Source: Octopus sinensis
Lineage: Eukaryota
Direction: 5' to 3'
DNA length: 64,000 nucleotides
Assembly: GCF_006345805.1 (NCBI RefSeq)
Contig: NC_043013.1
Coordinates: forward strand, 25,482,001-25,546,000
The notes beneath the pieces were generated by a model that was not told the origin of the DNA, made no database searches, and saw only the letters and a program-made list of their open reading frames with translations. Position 1 is the stretch's first letter. The number at the start of each line of letters is the position of its first letter. Shown here in pieces: positions 38,401 through 51,356 of the stretch. The position numbers and the translations under genes were made by a program.

Positions 38401-38692
38401 GTACATTTTTAAAAATTCGTCAGACGAAAAAAAAAAATCTAATTTCGTGCGCCTCCAAAAAGGTTTACCGATTTCTGATCTAAAGTAGGATACTTGGACA
38501 TGATCATCAATTATGTGTGTGTATCAGAGTCACTGTATGTCGCTTCGCAGCACTGTTGTTTCGTGTTCGATCACCACTGCTCGATATCTTGGTCAAGTCT
38601 TTTTACTACAGACGTTCACTAATGCTTTGCGAATAAAATTTATTAGAATCTTCTGGTGATCTCATAAGCGTGTGGTATGCGGGACATACAAC

Positions 38693-39117
38693 GGATCTTT
38701 TCCGGTTTGAACGGCAGTTTTTTCTAGCGGTGTCATATGAAATTGTCGCCCATAATTATGACCCTAGTATCGAGCTATTGCATTTCAATCTATTTTAGGT
38801 TTAGGGTTGGTTAGGGGTGAGGAGAAGGGTATCTTTTTTTCTTCACAAATGTAAATAAACCCAATCTGTTTCTTAAACGAGGGACATATTCATACGGCAC
38901 AGAATGGTTTTTACCTCAATGGACGTCATCGATTGGTTGAAATTGCAGAAATTGAAGAAAACAAACAACAACAAATATCTTACAAACTATAGAATTTTCT
39001 CAATAAAGCCAAGAGAAAAATATGTTTTATAAACACATTCTACCAGTATACGAAGTTAAAAATTTTTTAGTTACCTAGAAATTATGTTAAAAACTACCGT
39101 TCAAACCGAAAAGATCT
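38693..39117. mobile_element. GGATC-ended foldback MITE (Merlin/MULE-like), asymmetric copy
   Basis: ggatcttt..ggtttgaacggcag / ctaccgttcaaaccgaaaagatc; flanks catacaac / cttacaac (8-bp TSD, 1 mismatch). Confidence 0.75.
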
Positions 39118-39382
39118 CTTACAACTGCTAGTACTTGTATCTGCAAGTTGTGTGCCTCCAACCAACACCAAAATCTATCTGTCTATCTATCTGTCTGTCT
39201 GTCTGTCTGTCTGTCTAATGCATATATACACGGGCATACATAAAGGTGTGTGTGTGTGAATAAGAACATTGTAGTTAGCTTGAAGCGCTGTAGTACTGAA
39301 GTAGAAAATGAAGGAAAAGAAAACTAGTAATGTAGAAAGTTTGACAAAAAAAAACTTTATATATTTTAGGCACAAAGGTCTA

Positions 39383-41483
39383 TCTATATATATAAAATTG
39401 AGCATGTCTGTGTGTGAATCCCTAAAACTCGAAAAGTACCCAACCGGTTTCATTCAAATTTTATACATGCACTTATGGTCCATGGAGTGTCATGGGCTAA
39501 AAGATATTCAACTTCTTGCCTAACGCGGGCCCAGAGAATTCTTCTTGACTGGTTCGGTATTACGTGTCACAAAATAATAGTTTCACTTTTATTCTTTCAC
39601 TTTTAATTCTAATGTGATAACACAAAGATCATCTTATTTCTATTATATTTGAAATAAATGAAACATTTACATCCATACACATTTCCCGTTCAATTACCAG
39701 TTAATAATTATCGCAGCAGTTGCAAGGTATTTACGGTTACATACCAACCCTTAAATTAACATTTAGTACATGTGCTTGATATATATATGTATAATCAGCA
39801 GTTTATCTAGGATCTTTTCACTTTGACCGGCAGATTTTTAAAATAATTTCTTTATAACTAAACACTTTTAAACTTCGTATACTGGTAGAATGTGTTACAT
39901 AAAACATCTTTCTCTCTTGGCTTTCTTGAGAAAATTCTGTAGTTTGTAAGCTTTTTCTAGTTAAATTTCTTGCATTTCGGCAATTTCAACCAATCAATGA
40001 CGTCTATTGAGGTGAATACAATTTCTGCGGTTGTTTATCTGACACCGCATTGACAAACAACCGCAGAAATTGTATTCACCTCAATAGACGTCATTGATTG
40101 GTTGAAATTGCCGAAATGCAAGAAATTTAACAAGAAATAGCTTACAAACTACAGAATTTTCTCAAGAAAGCCAAGAGAAAAAGATGTTTTATGTAACACA
40201 CTACCAGTATACGAAGTTTAAAAGCGTTTAGTTACAAAGAAATTATTTTTAAAATCTGCCGGTCAAAGTGAAAAGATCCTTTATCTATAATAATTATTAG
40301 GACATTTACCATTAAATTGGCAGTTCATATGTGTGCTTCTATTTGGCTAATTTGCTTATATTTGGTTAATTTACACTGCATACAAAAATAAAGGCATACA
40401 ACTGCTTACAAAAATTAAAGATTAATGTATAATTGTTTCTATGTTCATAGTTTTTTATTTACAATATTGAAAAACATATGCCACCAAAGAAAAGACGTAA
40501 TCTCTCCAGAAACAAGTATAAAGCAAGGAGGACTACTGAAAACCGAAGGCGAGGGTCTCAACGGAGAAGCATGTAATATGGCGTCTCAATACGGAAGGGA
40601 GATGAGACTTTTTCAAGATCAGTAAAGGTATGCTACAGCGCGTCAAATGGCGTCTCATTATGGAAAGGAGATGAGACTTTCTCAAGATCAGCAAACGCAT
40701 GCTGCAGCACTTAATGCTGAATCATTAATAGAACGTTTTAATGATTAGACAGGGGTCCAATAGAACAGTTCTCAGAAACAAAGTAGGTTCAAATTCGTTC
40801 TTCACAACTCCTGGAGCTGCTTTCAGATATGATCCATTTCTTTCTTATAAAAATGATAATTCTGTCCAAACCGGTGCGCTAAACTCAAATTGTCGTTTCT
40901 GCAAAGCTTTAAAATTTCCAAATGAAACTAATGACATGCGCTGCTCAGGTGGTCAGGTAAGATTGCTAGCACTACCAGTTCTTCCTCAGCCACTAATGGA
41001 TCTTCTGGAAGACAGTTCGATCCAGTCAAAGGATTTTCTTAACAATGTCACTCAATACAACTCTGCATTTCAAATGACATCATTTGCTGCATCTATGGAG
41101 ATAGCTGAACATAGATTTACGCTGACGTTCAAAATTCAAGAGCAATTCTGTCACCTCATTGGTTCCCTGTCACTCCAAATAACCAAAAGTTCCTCCAAAT
41201 TTACTTTATGGGTGATGTACAACAGACCCGAAGGAGATGTCAAAACATCAGATGATGAGTTGTGTTTGATGCAGCGCCGACCGCCGCAACGGAGATTATA
41301 TCCACTGACAGCTTTTCAGTGCGTTCAAAAATCACATACCCCCGCCACCAATTTTCCATGAGCCTGGGATCCTCAAAACAGGCGCATGACATGTCGCTTA
41401 GTCGAATTAGCCAACCATTTACTCCACAAATGAGTTGACGTCAATATTGAACTTTTCTATATCATCTGTTTCAACATAACTGT

Positions 41484-41514
<31 letters not shown>

Positions 41515-41555
41515 TATGCCATTTTAATCCCGAGCAACTCCGAATATCTTTGCTA

Positions 41556-41590
<35 letters not shown>

Positions 41591-41635
41591 AATTATGCCA
41601 TTTTAATCCCGAGCAACTCCGAATATCTCTGCTAG
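39383..41635 (+). mobile_element. Helitron (internally deleted) with Rep N-terminal remnant and duplicated 3' end
   Basis: A|TC start; ORF 40741-41361 CRFCKALKFPNE..CSGGQV.L..LL..FLNNVTQYNSAFQMTSF..TFKIQ..HLIGSL; ends cccgagcaactccgaatatct.tgCTAG|T at 41556 and 41635. Confidence 0.85.
39810..40279. mobile_element. GGATC-ended foldback MITE nested in the Helitron
   Basis: ~225-bp arms with an 18-nt spacer; perfect 8-bp TSD tttatcta at 39802-39809 and 40280-40287. Confidence 0.9.
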
Positions 41636-41639
41636 TATA

Positions 41640-41800
41640 TATATATATATATATATATATACGGAGAGTTTACGAAAAAAACAGAAGACGAAGACAGGTG
41701 GTCTACAAAACAAACAGATGTATTAATTAGTATAACGCTCAGGAATAGAAAAAAAGTCTTTTACATTTCGAGCCTACGCTCTTCTACAGAAAGGGACGCA
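41640..41800 (-). mobile_element. Penelope LTR-like fragment with variant hammerhead motif
   Basis: Minus strand ctgtaGAAGAgcgtaggctcGAAATGTA at 41758-41790; abuts (TA)n. Confidence 0.45.
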
Positions 41801-42479
41801 GAAAAAACAAGGAGAGAAAAAAAAGATTTTCCCTAAGTACCTACATTGTGTGTGAGTGTGTGTGTGTGTGTGTGTGCGTGTGCGTGCGTGCATATATTTA
41901 TGGAATGGACAAGTCTTTGATGTTTTGAGCCAACGCTCTTCCCCAGAAAGGATTGAGATGAAAAAAGAAATGGAGAAGGACAAAAAAAAAATAGAAAAGA
42001 AAAGAAAGACGGAGAGAGAAAACGTGTAGGAATTAACCACATTAAACACCTAACGTTGCATTTTGACCCGTATTTTCCGTCTTTCTGAGAGAGTGTCCTG
42101 TCTTGACTGTGAAAGCTGTACTTATGAGATACATTGCATTTTTAGCATGACTTCATCTATTGCCGAACAATGAAACATATGTAATAGATGTAATAAAGGA
42201 ATGCTAAATTCAAGTCCATGTTCTTTTCTCGCTTTGTGTGTTTGTGTATGTGTGAGATAGAGAGAGCGCGGGGTAGAAAGAAATATAGAAATAGACATCA
42301 GAGATGTTGTGTCTATGCAGAAGCTGTAGGAGCTACCCAGAGGTTTTGCAAGGCTTCTTTCTAAATCCATTCAAATGCTGAAGACTCTTCCGTATCGTCA
42401 GCAGATATCTCAGTGTCATATGAGCTAGTTTTGCCATCTTTCGGGAATCCCGTCGCTTCCTACACCTTAATCAGTATAT

Positions 42480-42648
<169 letters not shown>

Positions 42649-43099
42649 AAAGTAAGATAGGGGTTATGAATGTAACCCATATTCTTAATACATAAATGCT
42701 TTTAATTGCAATGCAATTAATTCATTTATTGTATTAAATGGGTGAAGGTAAAAAATATTTTTACCGTAAATTCATAATACAAATAAGAAAATGGAGAAAC
42801 AAATTCATCTCGTTCATCAACTTACGGATATTACAATTTTACATTAGCAATTAATTATGCAAATAGGAACATCAAAATCAAACAAAACATTATAAATCAA
42901 TATGTAATATAATAATAAAAATAATACAAATAAACTACTCCTTACAGCTATTTCAGCCTATGGTCAATAGTCAATTCAACTTATATTGCCTATAGATGTC
43001 AGTATATTATGGTTTAGCCAACAGATAATAGCTTAGCTAGGATTCAAAATTGAATCCACTTTTAACTACGAGTCCTCGGCCTATTGTTTTAGTTTCTTG

Positions 43100-43570
43100 T
43101 ACTAAGCAATTTATAAGAATAAGTTGATCTCTTGATCTTTCTCGAGGCATTCATCGGTCAAAATTGATTCGAGAGGAGAGTCCCTTTGTTTTCGCTTGAC
43201 CTAATTTAGTCACCAAGAATATAAATATATGAAACGCAATAGCTTTCTTTCTCACTGAGTTGGTCGATGTCTAGTCAAAGAGCAATCTTTAAGTATGCTC
43301 ATCAACACGTAGAAGTGGATTTATCACCCTCTCTACTTATCTAGACTTTATCACTCTGTCTCTCTTTAGAACTAACTCACAGATGAAGCTAGCTACCAGA
43401 CACAAAAGACACAGAACTAAAGACAATTTGTTTCCTACAACAACAAATAAGTCATCTACACAAACTATCGAAGAAGTTGTATTTTCTATATTATAACGAC
43501 TAACATAACAATCATATTGAATAATGGCCATCATAAAAAGCAATTTATGTTGTTCTTCCTCATTCATTTA
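43100..43570 (-). pseudogene. Possible highly decayed Penelope RT fragment
   Basis: VCVDDLFVV resembles the YVDD motif; adjacent to a degenerate hammerhead-like motif at 42938-43005. Confidence 0.25.
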
Positions 43571-44221
43571 TGAGATGTATCTTGTTATTAAACTTCATCG
43601 TTACGTGTATGTATGTGTATGAGTGAGTTTATAGTGTGTCTTTCTGCTCAGTGACTTAGCAGTTCGCCAAATAGGAATGGATAAAGAAGCAAACTGAGAT
43701 GAATAGTGGGGGTAATATAAACGAGTAAAGAAACCCAGTATGGTTGCAGTGCAATGACTAACATCAGTTACTTACTAAAGAAAATCAGATTGATGGAATA
43801 TTCAGAGGTAACAGGCTTAGACTGTAGGGAGACTCCATTATTCTCCTTGAAATTAGTCTTTAAAAAGGAACGACACATTGCATAATGAAAACCAAAAGGA
43901 GCCTGCATACTCAAGTGTGTCCCCTATCCGATTTTGTTTCCTCATAACTTTCAGAAATAATGGAATATTTTTTAAAGAAATTTTGTACAAATACCTTTCT
44001 TATGGTGTAGGTAGATTATGATTACATCGGAATTTAATGCGAAAATGTTGGTGGGCGCGCACACATACATACATACAGCATGTTCACTTAGAGCTGATCT
44101 GGGAACTGAAAATGACTTGATAAAATCAATTTGTAATTTTTTCTTTATTTTTAGAACATTTAAAAGATTTTGGTGGCAAATTTTTAAACTAACATAAAAA
44201 CTTATTGGCGAAAGACACGGT

Positions 44222-44590
44222 GTTTAGGGTTAAGATTTAGGGTTTAAGATTAGGGTTAGGATTTGGGTTTTTGTTACGCCGAAAACGGGTGGTGTACGTA
44301 TTCCTTACCTCCGCGCATTTATTTACACGAAAAAAAAAAAATGACTGGAGAACTTTTGGAAAGACTTCCGCTTGTGCCCTCCCACCATTTTCTCCCTAAT
44401 TTGTTTAGTTTTGTAATTTTTTTTTTTTTGCCAAAAATCCCCATTTTCAGATACGGAGGTTCCAGAAAATTGCCAAAAATCGACATTGTGAAACCCCCCC
44501 CCTTTCCCCACTAACTTCTTCGATTTTGACTTTTTCCCCAACACCAACCCTAGCTCTAAAACCCTAACCCTAACCCTAAAACCCTAACTG
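44222..44590. repeat. Degenerate interstitial telomere-like repeats, TTAGGG then CCCTAA
   Basis: ttagggttaagatttagggtttaagattagggttagg at 44224-44260; ccctaaccctaaccctaaaaccctaa at ~44560-44587. Confidence 0.7.
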
Positions 44591-45202
44591 TAAGTACTGA
44601 AATATTTTGAAATTTTTGTTCAAATCCTGATGTCCGTATTTTTCCGCATATTTAAAAAAAAAAGTTATGAAAAAAGTTTAAAATGAAGGAAATGGGGGTG
44701 GGGGTGGTAATTTAGAAATGTCGATTTTTGCCAATTTTTTTGCAGATTCGTATTCCCCCCGTAGTCGAAAAAGGGATTTGTATCGAAAAAAAAAAATTTT
44801 TTTAAGGGTGGTTTTTTGGGGTGTGGGGGTGGGGGTGGAGTCATGCCGAACTTGCATCTAATTCTTCCAAATCTTTCTGTTAAAACTGTATTGGAAACCT
44901 TTTGTGGGGATTTTACTTTTATTACAGCAACTGGTCGCACACCACAAAGTTTAACGGAACCTACTTGAAAGCAAGCCAGCACGCTCGCAGCATTACCACG
45001 GTCGGTGGCAAGACTAAGGCGTCGGGAAAGCTAAGTGCCCTCACGGGCGTCACCTGACGCCTCTGTGAAGCGAGCTGCCAACGCTGACGAGAATTTCGCG
45101 GTTAATGGCTCAGTCCTTCCGAACGTAAACTGAATCGATAATTCTTTTAATACTGGTTTATTACATCTAATATGTTATGCCTCATCTACGAATATGTACT
45201 TT

Positions 45203-45949
45203 CGATCTTTTCCTTTTGAACGGCAGTTTTCAACACAATTTCTAGCTAACTAAACAGTTTTAAACTTCGTATACTGGTAGAATGTGTCAAAATAAAACAT
45301 TTTTTTCTCTTGGCTTTCTTGAGAAAATTGTAATTTGTAAGTTTAACGTAGTTTAATTTTTCGAATTTTAACCAATCGAGTACCTCTATTGAGCTAAGAT
45401 CATTTGCTGCGTCTAAAACTGAGACAACATCCTGTCACTAACCCTAACCCTCATCCTAACCTAACCCTAACCCTAACCCTAAATTTTAGCCTTTCGTTTT
45501 TTTTTCTTTGTTGAATTAATTCAATTGTTACGCGTGTGTCTAAAATTATTCGTTTTGTTTTTGTTTTGAGTTTTTGCTTTCGTTTTTTTTTTCTTAATTG
45601 TTAAATTAAAATTATTTTCCATTGCTTTAGTTTTTTTTTTCTTAATTGTTATCCTTAAATTAATTTAACAATTAAGAAAAAAAAACGAAAGACTAAAATT
45701 TAGGGTTAGGGTTAGTGACAAGATGTTGTCTGTTTTAGACGCAGCAAATGATTTTACATCAATAGAGGGCATAGGATTGGTTAAAATTCGAAAAATTAAA
45801 CTACGTTAAACTTACAAATTACAAATTTCTCAAGAAAGCCAAGAGAAAAAAATGTTTTATTTTGACACATTCTACCAGTATACGAAGTTTAAAACTGTTT
45901 AGTTAACTAGAAATTGTGTTGAAAACTGCCGTTCAAAAAGAAAAGATCC
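45203..45949. mobile_element. GGATC-ended foldback MITE with telomeric repeats in its arms
   Basis: Long inverted arms; perfect 8-bp TSD tgtacttt at 45195-45202 and 45950-45957; CCCTAA at 45440-45482 and TTAGGG at 45701-45714. Confidence 0.9.
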
Positions 45950-46924
45950 TGTACTTTATGTAGAAGACACCCCTAGCGATTTATTTCCATACCATCATTA
46001 ATAAAACTGCCAAATTCATTAATGAATTCAAGCAAAACATAATTGAGGATCTGCGTAGGCTAAAATTGATTCAATAAAATAATAAAATGGAATAGACATG
46101 TGAGAAAAGGTGGCTGATTGAAAGGGTTCTTCGATAAAAAAAGAAATGAGATGAACTTTTAAAAGCTGTAAAGTGGGTTGAAGAGGGCTGAGAAATACAA
46201 GGGGAATGAGTTTGACAGAGAACAGTGAAACAATCAGAGAATAGGGCAACGAAGAGAAAGAGAAGAGAGAAATTAATAGAAACGTTCACATACTTGTTTA
46301 TAAATACGCACGTGTAAATATACACACGTGCAAATATACACCCATTTACGCACACGCACACTGACAAGTAGATAGAGGGATAAGTAAACAGAGAGAGAGA
46401 GTGTCACATATAGCATTATATGTAGATACAAAAGGAAACGAAGAAGGAAGAAAAACTAGATGTGACGTGAGAAGGAGGAAATGTCACGATGGTCATCAAG
46501 AGCAAAATAGATATGTAGTCTTATCCCAAACAAAGGAAAGTTAGCGAGGGTATGAAACCGGAATCTCGACGTTCATATGTACCCACACCTACACACATGA
46601 TTCACAAAAATGCAAACACACGTGACAGCTATTTATTATAAAGAGATCAGGGAAAAGTAAAAATGTTCAGCTGAATCGTGAGTTGCAGTCTTATGCAGTC
46701 GACTTCAATTTTTTTTTTTCTGTTTTTCATTATGCCAGGTTGGACAAATAAAGTACTCGGATTTTGTATAATCCGTTTTGCTGAACCGCTAAGTTATGGG
46801 AGGGCATACACAATTTAGTACGGGTAATTAAGCAGTGATGCGAGACGAACATACATAATCACATACACACGCATATACATGCACACACACACGTACATAC
46901 ACACACACATACATACATACATAT

Positions 46925-46930
46925 ATCATT

Positions 46931-46965
<35 letters not shown>

Positions 46966-47215
46966 TTAACGTCCGTTGTCCATGCTGGCATGGGTTGGAT
47001 GGTTTAACCAGAGCTGGTAAGCTGAGGGGCTGCATCAGACTCTTGTATGATTTGGTGTGGTTTCTATGGCTGGATGCCCTTCCTAATGCTAACCACTCTG
47101 AGAGTGTAATGGATGCTTTTACATGCCAGTTGTGTGACACCATTATCTGCCATGACTACAATTTCACTCGGCTTCATGAGTCTTCCACTTAAGCATGGCA
47201 TATTGCCAAAGGCCT
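46925..47215 (-). mobile_element. SINE family C copy / RTE 3' tail
   Basis: (CAT)n followed by the family C core. Confidence 0.75.
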
Positions 47216-49640
47216 TGGTCACTAGTCATTGCTTCTGTGAGGCCCAACAGTTGAAGATCATGCTTCACCACCTCGTCCCATGTCTACCTCATCCAAAGGT
47301 TCCCTCCACAGTTAGAGATTAGCACTTCTTTATGCATCTGTCCTCATCCATACACATCACATGACCATAATGTGTCTCTCAGGCACATTATGTCTGATGC
47401 CTCTTATGCCTAATCTTTCTCTGAAGATGCTTACACTCTGTTGTACATGCACAATGACATTGCCCATCCAGCGAAGCATCCTAGCTTCATTTTTTGCAAG
47501 CCTACGCATGCCCTCGGCAGTTACAGCCCATGTTTCACTGCCATGTAGCATAGCTGTTCACACACAGGCATCATGCAGTCTGCCTTTCAGTCTGAGGAGA
47601 GACCCTTTGTTGTCAATAAAGGCAGGAGTTCTCTGAACTTTGCCCAACCTATTCTTATTCTTGCAGCTATTCTCTTAGAGCATCCACCTCCACTACTGAC
47701 TTGGTCATTTAGATAATGGAAGCTATCAACTACTTCTAGCTTACCCCACCTGGCAGTTGATGGAGTCTATTTTCTGTACTCTTTTAGTATTTAATGTACC
47801 TGTGCACCTTCCACACATGAAAATTATTTTTCCAGTTAACCTTCCTCTGATATTAATGCATCTCTTGTGTGTCCATAGCTTGCACTGGGCACATTTATAT
47901 AATTTCTACCTAGACCTTTCCTACAGATAGAGCAGAGCCATCTACCTGGTGGCATTTGTGATTTGTCTGCTTTCCTACTTACTAAAACTTTGGTTTTTGC
48001 TAGGTTAACTCTAAGGTTCTTCTATTCTAGACCTTGCTTCCACACCTGAAACTTCTTCTCTAATTCTGGTAGTGATTCAGCTACAAGAACAAGGTCATTA
48101 GCATAAAGGAGCTCCCAGAAGTAGCCTATCCTAATTTACTCGGTTATTGCATGGAGGACTATGATGAACAAGAGGGTGCTGAGGACTGATCCTTGGTGAA
48201 CACCTACTTGTACCCTGAATTCATTGCTATAATTGTTGCCAACCCTCACCTGACTGACTGCATCCCGGTACATGACTTGTACAGCTCTCACCAACCACAT
48301 GTCTATCTCTAGTTTCTGCACTGATCTCTAGATAAGGGAACAGGGAATCCTTTCAAAGGCTTTCTCCATGTCAGCATGCCTCACTAGAAATATAGCATCA
48401 GTGGTGCTTCCACCTGGCACAAAACCAAACTGCATCTCATCTAGACTAACTCTCTCCCTAATTAGTTGGGCTACGACCTTCTCCATGACTTTCATCACCT
48501 GATCCAACAATCTGATACCTCTGTAATTATTTCTATCTAAGGCTTCACCTTTACCTTTGTAGCAGTTCACTGTTATACCAGTCATTGTGTATGACTCCTT
48601 TGTATACAACCTGATAGACTGTACAGGGAATGAGACCATAACCTGCACCACCAGATATTTTAAGCATCTCAGGGGTTATTCCTGATGGGTTGGGGCTTTC
48701 CCCATCTTCATATCTCTCCTGGCTTTGTCTACCAAGCTACTGTCTTCAGATAGCTGGTCCCTCTGATGGTTCTACCTTGGGCAGACTCTCCTTCTCCCAT
48801 GTGTTCTCAACATTTAGTAGCCTTTCATAGTGGAATTTTCAAGACTATTTCTTTGCAGAATCACTAGTGAACCATCATCCATGTGAACACACTTCTCTCC
48901 CACAACATCACAATTTTCCCTGACACATTGTCTTGCAAATCAAAATACTTCAAGTCACTGGTCCTCATGCTGCAGAACATTTGCAAACTTCATCCTTTCT
49001 GTTTTACCCCTGGCTAAGTATACCTGCTTCCTAGCTTCCCTTCTAGCTGCCTGATACAGCTCCTTGCTACCTGGACACTTCCATTCTTTCCAAGCCTGTT
49101 TCTTTGCTCTACTGGCCTTGCCAACTACATTGTTCTACCGCCAATGTCATCCTAGGCCTGAGTGGGGCCTTGCACCAACCACAAATTTAGTCTGTAGCTC
49201 TTAGCAAGTTGTCTCTTACAAACTTCCAGTTATCCTCTTTATTGCAAGTCTGTAACACCCCCCCGCTTCTCATCAAATACTTCAGTTAGGAAGTCCCTAA
49301 ACCTCTGGCTATTTGAAGGATCCTTAAGCTTCCAGATCCTTCTTTTCCAAACTGGCTTGCTTCTTGGGTTCTTTGTGCCTTTAGCTTGAAGTCATTAATG
49401 AGTAAGTTATGCTGAGGGGTACATTCTTCATTAGAAAAGGGCTTTGCATTTAAGAGTAATAATGAATCCTGTTTTCTGGTGAGAATGTAGTCAATTTGAC
49501 TTGAATGGTCACTGGATTTGTAGGTTATCAGGTTACTGGCTGGCTTTCTGAAGTTGGTGTGACACATCATAAGGTCATTTGCTTCACTGAACTCCAGCAA
49601 CCTTGTTCCCTCCTCATTTCAGGAACCAATTCCATGGTCC
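47215..49640 (-). mobile_element. RTE-clade LINE, decayed (endonuclease C-terminus + RT)
   Basis: SQIDYIL; YKGKG..DRNNYRGIRLL; QFGFVPG.STTDAIF; GVHQGSVLS; LLYANDL; LHGSETW; many stops and frameshifts. Confidence 0.92.
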
Positions 49641-50247
49641 CCATGCACCTCATGAAATATATATATATATATACATATATATATAAAAATTAAAAATGAG
49701 TTATGAGTATCATAGGATAAAATCCTATATAAATCCAACTAAGAGTTTAAAAATGGAGAAGAGAAGATGTTAAAAGTTTTTATAAATTTTTAATCCATAC
49801 GATCGTTTCGAATGATAATACTGACATGTAAGAAAGCATGGAAAAAATTAAATTAATCATAATAATAATCAAATTAGATTAATTTAATTGTGTTTTACCA
49901 TTCTCTTCAGTGGAAGAAATTAATAAAACACCAAAAAAAAGGTATTAACAAAAGAATATTATAATAAAACTACAGAGAGCCTGTGTTGGATAAAGTTGAT
50001 TGGATATTCATAACAGGAATGTGAAAGAGGAAAAAGGAGAGATAGGAGCATGTTAATGTTAGTTGGGTTTATTTAGAATTTTATCCTATAATACTCGTAA
50101 CTCATTTTTAATTGTCATATTTTCATATTTTAAATACTTGCAATAATAATACCAAGTTACTACTTTGATATGAAGAATCTTTATTAGAAATCTAACTTTT
50201 TGGGACCCCCCCCCCCAAGTTCAAAATGTTCTACTTGAACTAATTTT

Positions 50248-50308
<61 letters not shown>

Positions 50309-50873
50309 CTTACAAAGGCTGTAGTGGGAAACATTTGCTCAAGGTACCATGCAGTGAGACTGAACCCAGAACCATATGGTTAAGAAGCACATTTCTTACC
50401 ACACAGTCACATCTGTGCCTAATTCTAATAGAAACAAGAAAAGGATGACAGGGGAAAAAGAGGAATAAATTATCTTATAGGAAAAGACATGGTTGTGTGG
50501 TTTCAAGGTTCCAGGTTCAGTCCCACTGCATGGCACCTTGAACAGAAATCTACTATAGCCCTAAGCTAACCAAAGCCTAGTGAGTGGATTTGATGGAAGG
50601 AAACTGAAAGCCCATTATATATAAGTTTTTATCCAAAATAGAGACAAACATCCTTCTTCCATGTGATCCTCTTGAAAAATTGTTAAGGTATTAAGATATT
50701 TTCCTTAACATGAAACCATTGGTAGCCTTAAAATATAAATAAATAAATTCTGTCCACCAATACAGTGTTGAGCATTCATTTTTATAGTTTGACATTTACG
50801 TGTATGTATATATATATATATATATTATATATATATATGTAAATGTAATATGTGACAATTATTCCGTAGCCAA

Positions 50874-50934
50874 GATAAAACTCAGAGTTTTGGATGCTGA
50901 GGTGGAAATCCACACCACCATCTCTTCAGTTATC
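50874..50934 (-). ncRNA. Type-I hammerhead ribozyme (G12 mutated) inside an 18-bp inverted repeat
   Basis: Minus strand GATAA CTGAAGA GATG..CATC C AAA ACTC-T-GAGT T TTATC; TIR aatatgtgacaattattc at 50847-50864 and 50947-50964. Confidence 0.7.
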
Positions 50935-51043
50935 CGGCCATCTACCGAATAATTGTCACATATTTACAGATAAATTCCTCTATTTATAATATTGAGGTCT
51001 CTTTCTTTCTTTTGTTATCTTACCGTTTTTACCAATATATATA

Positions 51044-51079
<36 letters not shown>

Positions 51080-51356
51080 CATCATCATCATCATTGTCAT
51101 GCTGGTGGTATGTAATAAGCACCATTCAATTGTGGGTCGATGCCAGTCCCCCTCTGACTGGTTCCTGTGCTTGTGGCACATAAAAAGCACCCGGTACACT
51201 CTCGGAGTGGTTGGCATTAGGAAGAGCATCCAGCTGTAGAAACCTTGCCAGATCAGATTGGGGCCTGGTGCAGTCTCCTGGCTTACCAGTCCTCAATCAA
51301 ATCGTCCAACCCATACCAGCATGAAAAGCAGGCATTAAACGATGATGATGATGATG
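51080..51356 (+). mobile_element. SINE family C copy
   Basis: Core plus (GAT)n tail. Confidence 0.75.

Noticed and set aside
38391-38423. Minus-strand CTGACGA...GAAACATC hammerhead-like match
   Set aside because: No credible stem II or stem I; a match of this quality is plausible by chance in 128 kb of strands
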